Notes: generated from the letters alone by a model not told the origin. A DNA stretch of 15,354 bases from Myxococcota bacterium (GCA_036336835.1 JAYZFK010000022.1:1-15354), one strand, 5' to 3'. Positions 5,342 to 13,678 are shown, counted from the first letter of the stretch. Made by a program: numbers and translations.

Positions 5342-7897
5342 CGCAGCGCCCGTGCCGAAGCGTTCCGAGGCGCGCAACGCCGCCTGCGGGCTCAGCTCGC
5401 GCGCGTGCCGGCTTCCGAGCGACCCGAGCAGTGCCGTGATCCCGAGGGTCGCCAGTGTCAGCACCGAGAGATCGAGCCAGGGCGCCGCAAACGGCAGCTC
5501 GAACAGGAAGTGGACGAGCGCCCACGCGGCCGCGAGCGACAACACGCTCCCGACGCCCGCCGCCAGCGAGCCGAGCGCCAGCGCCTCGGTTGCCTGGATG
5601 CGCCGCACTGTCGAGAGCGAGGCACCGAGCACGCGCAGCAGCAGCGCCTCGCGCATCCGCTCGCTGCGCGCCGCGCTGGCCGCAGCGAGCAGAATCGCGA
5701 GTCCGGTGCCGAGCGTGAACAGAGCAAGGACGCGGATCGCCGTGCTCACCTGCGCCATCGTGGCATCCACGGCACGCAGGATCACGCTGGCATCGAGGGC
5801 CGAGACGTTCGGAAACTCGCCGACCAGATCGCGCTGCAGCGCCGCACGCGCGTCCGCGTCCGCCAGGTGCGCCAGCACGACGGCGCTCTGCGGCGCCTGC
5901 TCGAGCGCGGCCGGCGGCATCACGACAAAGAAGTTAGTCGCGAGCCGCCCCCAGTCGACCTTGCGAATGCTGGTGACGACACTCTCGACCTCGACGCCCT
6001 GCACCTGCCAGGTGATGCGGTCGCCGAGCACCAGATCGAGCCGGTGCGCCAGGTCGTCCTCCATCGACACGGGCATCAGCTGGTCGGTGTAGTCGTCGCT
6101 GTCGTCCCACCACTGGCCGGCGACGATCGTCTCGCTGTCGCGCAGCTCGCTTCGATAGGTGAGCTGGTACTCGCGGCGCAGCGCCCAGCGCAGCTCGCGC
6201 GGCAGGTCGCCGCCCCGGAGTCGCTCCTCGCTGGCGACTCCGCGCAGTGCTCCGAGGCGAGCCGACACCAGCGGTGCGCGCTCGAGTGTCCGCGCGCCGC
6301 GTTCGGCGAGAAACGCATCGAGGGGCTGGACCTGGTCGGGCTGCACGTCGAACAGCACGAGGTTGGGCCGCACGCCGCTGCTGTCGAGCGCCATCTGCGC
6401 CAGCACGCTGTATTGAACCGTGTGCAGGCTCGCGACCAGGAACAGCGCAAAGCCGATCGCGACGGTCGTCGGCAGCGTGTGATTGCGCGGCCGAAACAGG
6501 TTGGCGATACCCTGCCGCAGCCAGTAGGCGGCGCGACGCGGAGCGTGACGCCGCAGCACCTGGGCCGCGAGCCGCGCCGACGCCGCGAGCACACCGAGCG
6601 CCACGGCCAGGCCCGCCGCGAACCCGAGCCCGACGTCCCAGCGCGGTGCCTGCCAGATCGAGGCGGCGAGTCCGCTGAGTCCGAGCACCACCAGCACGAG
6701 CGTGCGGCCGCGGCGCGGCGCGGAGGCGTCCGTGCCCAGGTCGCGGCGCAATGCGCGCAGCGGTGATACGGCACTGAGATCGAGCAGCGGGCCGAGCGCG
6801 CACACCGCCGTCGCGCCCAGCCCCAGGATCACGCCCGTCGCGATCGTCGCTGGCTCGAGGCGCAGCGCGACCTCGACCGGCAGCACGTCCTGCATCAGCG
6901 CCGGAAAGATCCACAGCAGCGGGATGCACAGCACCACGCCGAGCAGCCCCGCTGCCGCACCGAGCGCCACGGCCAGCAGCGAGTAGACGGCGACCACGTC
7001 GCGCGGACGCGCGCCGAGCGAGCGCAGCACCGCGACCGCGTCGAACTTCTCGCGCACGAACACCCGCACGCCCGAAGCCACGCCGACAGTACCCAGCGCG
7101 AGCGCCGCCAGCCCGACCAGCCCGAGGTAGCGCGTCAGCGCGGCAAAGCTCCGCGACATGTCCTCCTGGTAGCTGGCGACCGTCTGCAGGCGAACCCGAG
7201 CGCCGTCGAGAGCCTGCTCGTTTGCGGCGAGCCACGGCCCCAATCGAGCCAACGGCACCTTCAGATATCGCAGGTACTCGACCAGACTGCCGAGGCGTAC
7301 GAGTCCCGTCTCGGCGAGGTAGCGCTGCGCGACGAAGACCCGCGGCGCCACCTGCGTCCGGAGCCCGAAGCTTCCCGGTGCCTTGCGGACCTCGCCGGCG
7401 ATCTCGAAGCGCGTTTCACCCAGCACCAGCGTGTCTCCCACGCGTGCGTCGAGCTGGATCAGCAGGCTCGGGTCGACCAGCGCCTCGCGCCGTGCGGTCG
7501 AGAGCTCCCGCCAGCGCTCGGGCGGGTGCGTCACGATTGCGCCGTAGAACGGATAGCCGCCCTCGATCGCGTGCACGTCGACCAGCCGCGTGCGCCCGGT
7601 CCGCTCGACGAGCGCCATCGAGCCGAAGCGCGTGATCGTGGACGTCTCGCCGGGCGCGAGTGCCGCGAGCCGAGCGAGCACGTCGTCTTCGAGCGGCGCG
7701 CGGCTCGAGAGTCGCAGATCCGCTCCCAACATCTCCTGCGACTGCAGGTCCACCGCGTGGCGCACCGTCGCGCGCAGGGCGTGGAGCCCGACCACGACCG
7801 CGATGCCGATCGCCATGCAAGCCCCGTAGAGCGCGAAGCGCCGCCGCGCCGAGCGCAGCTCGCGTCGCGCCATCGCGAGCACGAAGCGCCCGTTCAC
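5339..7897 (-). CDS. ybbP: YbbP-like FtsX/MacB-family ABC transporter permease (852 aa)
   Basis: ARRELR, LGADL, GYPFYG, two FtsX-like halves (AVLRSLGA, ALLRVLGAS), PNLVLFDVQPDQ, REYQLTY, RKVDW...TNFFVV. GTGA overlap with the upstream ATPase. Confidence 0.9.
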   Translation of the reverse strand: MNGRFVLAMARRELRSARRRFALYGACMAIGIAVVVGLHALRATVRHAVDLQSQEMLGADLRLSSRAPLEDDVLARLAALAPGETSTITRFGSMALVERTGRTRLVDVHAIEGGYPFYGAIVTHPPERWRELSTARREALVDPSLLIQLDARVGDTLVLGETRFEIAGEVRKAPGSFGLRTQVAPRVFVAQRYLAETGLVRLGSLVEYLRYLKVPLARLGPWLAANEQALDGARVRLQTVASYQEDMSRSFAALTRYLGLVGLAALALGTVGVASGVRVFVREKFDAVAVLRSLGARPRDVVAVYSLLAVALGAAAGLLGVVLCIPLLWIFPALMQDVLPVEVALRLEPATIATGVILGLGATAVCALGPLLDLSAVSPLRALRRDLGTDASAPRRGRTLVLVVLGLSGLAASIWQAPRWDVGLGFAAGLAVALGVLAASARLAAQVLRRHAPRRAAYWLRQGIANLFRPRNHTLPTTVAIGFALFLVASLHTVQYSVLAQMALDSSGVRPNLVLFDVQPDQVQPLDAFLAERGARTLERAPLVSARLGALRGVASEERLRGGDLPRELRWALRREYQLTYRSELRDSETIVAGQWWDDSDDYTDQLMPVSMEDDLAHRLDLVLGDRITWQVQGVEVESVVTSIRKVDWGRLATNFFVVMPPAALEQAPQSAVVLAHLADADARAALQRDLVGEFPNVSALDASVILRAVDATMAQVSTAIRVLALFTLGTGLAILLAAASAARSERMREALLLRVLGASLSTVRRIQATEALALGSLAAGVGSVLSLAAAWALVHFLFELPFAAPWLDLSVLTLATLGITALLGSLGSRHARELSPQAALRASERFGTGAA

Positions 7898-8589
7898 GGC
7901 TGCTCGATCCGGGCGATGCGTCCGGCCGACAGGTGCACGATGCGGCTCGCGCGCTGTGACAGCTCGAGATCGTGGGTCACGATGACCAGCGTGGTACCGC
8001 GCTCGCGATTGAGCTCGAACAACAGGTCCGCGACCTCGTGGCCCGTCGCGCGGTCGAGGTTGCCGGTCGGCTCGTCGGCGAACAGGATCCTGGGCTCGTT
8101 GGCGAACGCGCGCGCCAGGCCGACGCGCTGCTGCTCGCCGCCCGACAGCTCCGCCGGGTAGTGATCGGTGCGCCGCTCGAGCCCGACCCGCCCGAGCAGC
8201 TCGCGCGCCCGCAGCTCGGCGACCGCGGGCTCGGGCGCGCGTCCGCGCGGCAGCAGCTCGAGCGGGACCAGCACGTTCTCGAGCGCGGTGAGCGTCGGGA
8301 CCAGCTGGAAGGTCTGGAACACGAAGCCCACCCGCTCGGCGCGCAGCTGCGCGCGGCCGTCCTCGTCGAGCCCGGCCAGCTCGATCCCGTCGAGCCGGAC
8401 GTCGCCCTCGGTCGGCCGGTCGAGCCCGGCCAGCAGTCCGAGCAGCGTCGTCTTGCCGCTGCCGGACGGCCCCAGCACGACCACGACCTCACCCGACGCC
8501 ACCTCGAGGTCCACCCCGCCGAGCACGGTGAGAGTCTCGCCGCCCGAGGGGCGCGAGTAGCGTTGAGTGAGGTTGCGAGCGACGATCAT
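7894..8589 (-). CDS. ybbA: YbbA/LolD-like ABC transporter ATP-binding protein
   Basis: Walker A GPSGSGKT, GFVFQTFQL, signature LSGGEQQRV, FADEPTGNLD, VTHD. Start taken at ATG 8589 (MIVARNL). Confidence 0.93.
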   Translation of the reverse strand: MIVARNLTQRYSRPSGGETLTVLGGVDLEVASGEVVVVLGPSGSGKTTLLGLLAGLDRPTEGDVRLDGIELAGLDEDGRAQLRAERVGFVFQTFQLVPTLTALENVLVPLELLPRGRAPEPAVAELRARELLGRVGLERRTDHYPAELSGGEQQRVGLARAFANEPRILFADEPTGNLDRATGHEVADLLFELNRERGTTLVIVTHDLELSQRASRIVHLSAGRIARIEQP

Positions 8590-8594
8590 CCGCG

Positions 8595-9362
8595 ATGCGA
8601 CGGTGGGTCCGACAGGTAAGCACCCGAGCGGGACGCAGGACCCAACACTACTTCCTGCCGGGGCTGCGCGCACGGCGCGAGCCGATCGCAGCGTGGGTCT
8701 CGTTCGCGGTGTGCGCCGCCCTTGCGCTTGCGTGCGGCGAGCCCGAGCCGCGAGCCGCGGTGCCGGCCGCGGCCGCTGCGGCCGAGCTGGAGCCCACAGC
8801 CGAGCTGCCGGTCGTGCTGTTCCTCGGCACGAGCCTCACCGCGGGCTACGGACTGGCCTCCGAGGAGGCGTTCCCCGCACTGGTCCAGCAGCGGATCGAC
8901 CAGGCGGCCCTCCCCTATCGCGTCGTCAACGCGGGCGTCAGCGGCGACACGTCGGCGGGCGGCCGGCGGCGGATCGACTGGCTGCTGCGGATGCCGGTGG
9001 CCGTGCTGGTGGTCGAGCTCGGCGCCAACGACATGCTGCGCGGACTGGGCATCGAAGCGTTGCAGGACAACCTGGAGAGCATCCTCGAACGCACGCGCGA
9101 CGCCCATCCCGGGGTCCGCTTCCTGATCGCCGGCATGCGCGCCGCCCCCAATCTCGGGACTGCCTACGCGCAGCAGTTCGACGCCATCTTTCCGGCGCTC
9201 GCCGAACGCTACGACTCCGCGCTGATTCCGTTCCTGCTCGATGGCGTCGCGGCGGTCCGGCACCTGAACCAGCCCGACGGCATCCACCCGACCGCCGAGG
9301 GTCACGCAGTGATCACCGACACGGTGTGGCGCGCACTCGAACCGATCCTGCAAGACGACTGA
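8595..9362 (+). CDS. tesA: TesA-like SGNH arylesterase/acyl-CoA thioesterase, predicted lipoprotein
   Basis: Block I FLGTSLTAG, block II NAGVSGDTS, block III ELGAND, block V DGIHP. Lipobox-like LALAC. Divergent from ybbA as in E. coli. The start codon is somewhat uncertain. Confidence 0.9.
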   Translation: MRRWVRQVSTRAGRRTQHYFLPGLRARREPIAAWVSFAVCAALALACGEPEPRAAVPAAAAAAELEPTAELPVVLFLGTSLTAGYGLASEEAFPALVQQRIDQAALPYRVVNAGVSGDTSAGGRRRIDWLLRMPVAVLVVELGANDMLRGLGIEALQDNLESILERTRDAHPGVRFLIAGMRAAPNLGTAYAQQFDAIFPALAERYDSALIPFLLDGVAAVRHLNQPDGIHPTAEGHAVITDTVWRALEPILQDD

Positions 9363-9398
9363 GATCGGAGCCCGCGAATCTTCCGATCCGCGTATCAT
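9363..9398 (+). promoter_or_regulatory. 7-bp inverted repeat (GATCGGA 9363-9369 / TCCGATC 9382-9388) followed by candidate -10 TATCAT (9393-9398)
   Basis: Read directly from the tesA-MFS spacer. The -10 is 10 nt before ATG 9409 and no SD is present. Confidence 0.45.
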
Positions 9399-9408
9399 CG
9401 CCGCCCTC

Positions 9409-10779
9409 ATGACCACGGCTTCACCTGCCTCGTCCGAGCGGCTCCCGGTGACGGCACTCGTCGGCTACGGGCTTGCCGCAGTACCGGGCCAATTCATGTA
9501 CGTGCTCATCCTGATCATGTACCTGAAGTACGCAGTCGACGACCTCGGCGCGTCGGCCAGCGTGGTCGGCATGATCTTCCTCGCCGCCAAGCTGTGGGAC
9601 GCGGTGTCCGACCCGATGGTGGGCAACCTGAGCGACCGTACCCAGCACCGGCTCGGGCGCCGGCGGATCTGGCTGTACGTTTCCGCACCCCTGTTGTGCA
9701 TCTTCGGGATCACGACCTGGCTCCCGCCGGACGGGCTCAGCGACCTGTGGCTCTCGGCCTGGATCGCCGTGTCGGTGCTCGGCTTCTACACGGCCTACAC
9801 CTGCTTCCAGGTGCCGCACATGGCTCTGGGGGCCGAGCTCACGCTCGACCGCCAGGAGCGCAACAAGGTCTTCGGCACTGGCCAGGTCATGCGCACGCTC
9901 GGCATGTTCGCAGCCGGCACCGGCGGGGTGCTGCTCGTCCAGCAGGGCACGACGGCCGCCGCAACGATGGCGATCGTCGTCGGCGTTCTGACCGTGTTGC
10001 TGATCGTCAGCGGCGTGTCGCTGCTGCCGCCAGAGCGCGCCGAACACATGGGCCGCGGCGGCGACAATCCGTTCCGAGCGGTTCGCGACGTGCTCAGCAA
10101 CCCGCACGCGCGGCTGCTCCTGTTCGTCTTCTTCATCGAGAGCATCGGCTCGGGCGGCATCGGCGTGCTCACGCCCTTCGTGATCGAGTACGTCATGAAG
10201 ATGCCGGACATCGTCGCTCCGATGCTAGGCGTCTACATGGTATCCGCGCTGGTGGCGGTACCCTTCTGGGTCTGGCTCGGACGCTTCTTCGAGAAGCGCC
10301 ACCTGTGGCTCTACGCCATGGTCCAGGGCGGCGTCGGCTATGGACTGATCTTCTGGGTCGGCGAGGGGAGCTGGGAGCTGATGGCCGTCTCGTCGATCCT
10401 GGCCGGAACCGCGGGAGCGTGCGGCAGTACTCTCGGCCAGGCGCTCAAGGCCGAGATCATCGACTTCGACGAGTACCGCACGGGCGAGCGCAAGGAGGGC
10501 GCCTACTTCGCGGGCTGGAGCTTCGTCTCGAAGCTCGCCGGCGGTGTCATGATCGGTGTCGTCGGTGTCTCACTCGATTGGTCCGGCTACGTGGAGAACG
10601 CCGCCGAGCAGAGCGAAACCGTCAAGCGCACCATGATCTATCTGATGGGCGGCGTCCCGATGATCGGCTACGCCATCGGAAGCCTCGCCTTCACGCGTTT
10701 CGGGCTGAGCGAGGCCGAGCACGCGCGCATGCGGGCCGAGCTCGACGCCCGCACGCCCGGAGAGGGAGAGCTGCCGTGA
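9409..10779 (+). CDS. MFS transporter, glycoside-pentoside-hexuronide (MelB/GPH) family
   Basis: WDAVSDPMVGNLSDRT..RLGRRR, PHMALGAELT...ER, AEIIDFDEYRTGERKEGAYF, and about 12 hydrophobic segments. Confidence 0.92.
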   Translation: MTTASPASSERLPVTALVGYGLAAVPGQFMYVLILIMYLKYAVDDLGASASVVGMIFLAAKLWDAVSDPMVGNLSDRTQHRLGRRRIWLYVSAPLLCIFGITTWLPPDGLSDLWLSAWIAVSVLGFYTAYTCFQVPHMALGAELTLDRQERNKVFGTGQVMRTLGMFAAGTGGVLLVQQGTTAAATMAIVVGVLTVLLIVSGVSLLPPERAEHMGRGGDNPFRAVRDVLSNPHARLLLFVFFIESIGSGGIGVLTPFVIEYVMKMPDIVAPMLGVYMVSALVAVPFWVWLGRFFEKRHLWLYAMVQGGVGYGLIFWVGEGSWELMAVSSILAGTAGACGSTLGQALKAEIIDFDEYRTGERKEGAYFAGWSFVSKLAGGVMIGVVGVSLDWSGYVENAAEQSETVKRTMIYLMGGVPMIGYAIGSLAFTRFGLSEAEHARMRAELDARTPGEGELP

Positions 10780-11237
10780 CGACGACCGTCCGCGCCGAGT
10801 CGCGCTGTGTGCTCCGCACGATCGATTGCTGGGAGAAGCTGCGTGACCTCTCGCTCGCGAAGCACTACGTCCCGGGCGTGAGCGAGATCGAGTTCGTTTC
10901 GCCCAGCCGTACGGGGCTCGGCACCAGCCGGATCGCCCACTCGAGTGCCGGCGCCCTGCACGAAACCGTCATCGAGTGGAATGAAGGCGAAGGCTTCCTG
11001 CTGCGCCTGCACCGGGGCGACAAGCCGCCGCGTCCGATGAAGGACGCCCACTTCCGGTACGCGATCGAGCCGGACGGCGTCTCGACCCGGATCGTCCTCA
11101 GCATGACCTACACGTTTAGCGTCGGACCGTTCGGTCCGCTGATCGAGCGGCTCGCGCGCGTGCCGATGCAGCGCAACATCGATCGGATCGCGCTGCGACT
11201 GGCGCGCTACTGGGAAACGGGCAGCGCCGACGAGTAG
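10776..11237 (+). CDS. SRPBCC (polyketide cyclase/dehydrase, START-like) family protein, 153 aa
   Basis: GTGA overlap with the MFS stop and an SD GGGAGAG. Sequence W..LRDLS....YVPGV...E......GLGTSR....ETVIEW.EG..F plus a C-terminal amphipathic helix. Confidence 0.85.
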   Translation: MTTTVRAESRCVLRTIDCWEKLRDLSLAKHYVPGVSEIEFVSPSRTGLGTSRIAHSSAGALHETVIEWNEGEGFLLRLHRGDKPPRPMKDAHFRYAIEPDGVSTRIVLSMTYTFSVGPFGPLIERLARVPMQRNIDRIALRLARYWETGSADE

Positions 11238-11259
11238 CGCTCGCCTGCTAGGCGAGCGC
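11237..11259. terminator. Perfect 10-bp GC-rich hairpin at a convergent gene junction (possible bidirectional terminator)
   Basis: GCGCTCGCCT-gct-AGGCGAGCGC; no U-tract on either side. Confidence 0.5.
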
Positions 11260-11994
11260 CGCACCGTCCATGCGGATCTGCTCGCCGTTGATGTGCCGGC
11301 CGTCGTCGGACGCGAGCATCGCGATGACCGAGGCGACCACCTCGGGACCGTCCGGACCGCGCATGCTGTTCTGGCGCATCAGCTTCTGGAAGTCGATGCC
11401 GTCGGGGAAACCCTGCGAGGTCATCGGCGTCTTGATCGATCCGGGGCACACGCAGTTCGCGCGGATGCCGCGGTCGCCGAACTCCACCGCGATCGCGCGG
11501 GTCAGCGCCAGCACACCGCCCTTGCTGGCGGAGTAGGCCGCTCCGTAGGGCAGACCCTTCTCCCCGGCCGTAGATGCCGTGTTGACGATGTTACCGCCCG
11601 ATTCGAGCAGGTGGGGAAGCGCCTCCTTGCACATGCGGAAGGTGCCGGTGAGGTTGATATCGATGACGCGCTGGAACTCCTCGACCGGAAACTCGGCGAG
11701 ATGACCGTAGCGGAGGATCCCCGCGACGTTGCAGAGCACGTCGAGCCTGCCAAAGTGCTCGACGGCCGCGCCGACCGCCTGCGCCACGTGCGCGTCGTCG
11801 CCAACATCGCAGTGCAGAGCGCGCGCCTCGGCGCCGACCTTGCGGCACAGCTCTGCCGTCTCGCTCGCATACTCGTCCTGGACGTCGCACAGCAGGAGCT
11901 GTGCCCCCTCGGCGGCGAGCCGCTCCGCGGTCGCGCGGCCGATTCCCGACGCGGCCCCGGTGATCAGGACCGCCTTGCCTTCGAATCGCTGCAT
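11248..11994 (-). CDS. Classical SDR oxidoreductase
   Basis: TGAASGIG, CDV, NVAG, S...YSASK, VCPG.I.T, MDGA. SD GGGAG/GGAG. Confidence 0.94.
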   Translation of the reverse strand: MQRFEGKAVLITGAASGIGRATAERLAAEGAQLLLCDVQDEYASETAELCRKVGAEARALHCDVGDDAHVAQAVGAAVEHFGRLDVLCNVAGILRYGHLAEFPVEEFQRVIDINLTGTFRMCKEALPHLLESGGNIVNTASTAGEKGLPYGAAYSASKGGVLALTRAIAVEFGDRGIRANCVCPGSIKTPMTSQGFPDGIDFQKLMRQNSMRGPDGPEVVASVIAMLASDDGRHINGEQIRMDGAALA

Positions 11995-12028
11995 CGCTCC
12001 ACTCCCTTCACCGCGGGTCGGCGGGCGC

Positions 12029-12037
12029 GTAGACTAC
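12029..12037. promoter_or_regulatory. Palindromic GTAGACTAC giving -10-like hexamers on both strands (TAGACT +, TAGTCT -)
   Basis: Lies in the 152-bp divergent spacer between the SDR and the hypothetical gene. Confidence 0.45.
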
Positions 12038-12146
12038 AGCAGTCGACACGAACCGCGGCTTTCGTTTTCCTGCCTCGCCAGGGCCCGCCCTGCCAGGACT
12101 CGCAGCGGGAGCCGTCGCTGCTGGAGACTTCAGCGAGGAACGCACG

Positions 12147-12947
12147 GTGGACGAGTACCCGGTCAAGGTCGGAAGCATGCTGTTCACGCTGGTCGAGCCA
12201 CACCACGGGCACGAGATCGCCTACAACCGCTGGTACGAGCGAGATCACTTCTACGCGGGCTGCCTGATCGGACCGTGGCTGATGGCGGGCAAGCGCTTCG
12301 TCGCCACGCGCGCGCTGAAGGATCTGCGCTTCCCGGCGGACTCTTCCGTCGCCGTCCCGCTCGACGCCGGCTCGTACCTCGCCATCTACTGGGTGCACGA
12401 GGGTCGCCACGACGACCACTTCGCCTGGGCCAGCGAGCAGGTGCACGAGCTCTACCAGCACGGCCGCGGCTTCGCCGAGCGCACACACGTGCATACGATC
12501 CTCGCGAGCTACGCCGAAACGACCTACCGCGACGACGACCCGGTTCCGATCGAGCTCGCACTCGACCATCCCTATGGCGGGCTGGTGACCGTGTTCATCG
12601 ACCGCGCCGACGGGGTGTCGCACGCTGACCTCAACCGCGAGCTGCGCGCGGACGCGCTTCCGGCGTTGCTGGCCAACTCCCCGATCGCCTGCGCCGCCGC
12701 CTGGCTGCCGATCTCGCGCGAAGGCGACGTGACGCAGAACTCGCCGATGGATCTGGGCAGCGACCCCGGCGGCCCGGAGCGGTCGATCCAGCTGTGCTTC
12801 GTGGAGGAGGATCCGCGCGAGGTGTGGCCGCGCTTCGTCGACTACGCCGCGGCGATCGAGAGCGCGGGGCTGGGGCACGTCGCGCTCGCGGCGCCGTTGA
12901 TTCCGACCCTCGTCGGCACGGACCGCTACACCGACGAGCTGTGGTAG
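12147..12947 (+). CDS. Hypothetical protein, possibly tandem EthD/DUF4286-like dimeric alpha-beta barrel
   Basis: GC3-rich coding pattern, GTG start after GAGGA. EIAYNRWYERDH resembles the EthD/DUF4286 motif. The fold call is inference. Confidence 0.8.
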   Translation: MDEYPVKVGSMLFTLVEPHHGHEIAYNRWYERDHFYAGCLIGPWLMAGKRFVATRALKDLRFPADSSVAVPLDAGSYLAIYWVHEGRHDDHFAWASEQVHELYQHGRGFAERTHVHTILASYAETTYRDDDPVPIELALDHPYGGLVTVFIDRADGVSHADLNRELRADALPALLANSPIACAAAWLPISREGDVTQNSPMDLGSDPGGPERSIQLCFVEEDPREVWPRFVDYAAAIESAGLGHVALAAPLIPTLVGTDRYTDELW

Positions 12948-12957
12948 GCGCGCCGGA

Positions 12958-13581
12958 TCACATGCGATAGATGAAGTGCAGGGCCAGCGAGCCGTAGCGC
13001 GCGTAGCGCACGATCCCGCCCTGCCCGAGCTGATAGCTGCCCTCGAGCTCGATGACGAAGTGCCGGGTCGCGTGGTACGCGACACCGCCCCCGAGCCGCC
13101 CGACGAAGCCCAGGTCGCTCTCGAACGGCTTCTTGACGGCGGGGTCGACCACCTCCGAGTTGATCCAGTGCGCGCCGAGTCCGCCCAGTAGATAGGGCTC
13201 GAGGGAATGCCAGCGCTGCTCGAGCGGGTACAGCTTCGCGTTGAACACGAACAGGTGGGAGTCGATCTCGACGTCGGGGCTGCCTCGGGTCGAGTCGAAC
13301 CCTTCGAGAAACTCGTACAGGAACTCCACGCCGAGCCAGGACCGAGCGCGATAGCCGATCTGCACGTGGGCGCCCGCGCTGTCGTCGAACTCGGGGTCGA
13401 CACCCGGTCCCAGGATCGACGCCATTCCGAGGTTGTCGCTGTCGAGCGAGAAGTTCTCGAAGGCGTAGACCGCACCGAGCCCGAAGTACGCGCCCGGCTC
13501 GAACTCGCCGCCGGTCTCGGCCGCAGCCGAGGCCGCGGCCAGCCAGACCCCCAGCAGAACTCCTCCGAACGTCCCGCGCAT
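12958..13581 (-). CDS. Outer-membrane beta-barrel protein (OmpA-like/porin family, small barrel)
   Basis: Signal peptide MRGTFGGVLLGVWLAAASAAA, amphipathic strands (GAHVQIGYR, WLGVEFLYE, EPYLLGGLG, GRLGGGVAY, FVIELEGSY), C-terminal LHFIYRM. ATG 13581 has SD GAGGGGG; alternative ATG at 13599. Confidence 0.88.
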   Translation of the reverse strand: MRGTFGGVLLGVWLAAASAAAETGGEFEPGAYFGLGAVYAFENFSLDSDNLGMASILGPGVDPEFDDSAGAHVQIGYRARSWLGVEFLYEFLEGFDSTRGSPDVEIDSHLFVFNAKLYPLEQRWHSLEPYLLGGLGAHWINSEVVDPAVKKPFESDLGFVGRLGGGVAYHATRHFVIELEGSYQLGQGGIVRYARYGSLALHFIYRM

Positions 13582-13608
13582 CCGTTCCCCCTCTGGCATG
13601 CCGGCGGG

Positions 13609-13657
13609 AGCATAGTGGATCGCCGCGATCGGGCCGGCGCAGCGCGACGACTACCCT
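13609..13657. promoter_or_regulatory. Candidate divergent -10 boxes: TATGCT (minus, 13609-13614) and TACCCT (plus, 13652-13657)
   Basis: TAnnnT hexamers just upstream of the SD sequences of the OMP and LhgO-like genes. Confidence 0.4.
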
Positions 13658-13678
13658 CCGGCCCGGGAGAGGACGCCC

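Noticed and set aside
4292..6766. 824-aa plus-strand ORF
   Set aside because: Antisense shadow of the crotonase and ybbP genes; no motifs. Long stop-free frames are expected at this GC content.
9594..10775. Long N-terminal extension of the SRPBCC ORF (547 aa)
   Set aside because: Off-frame read of the MFS gene. The real start is GTG 10776 overlapping the MFS stop.
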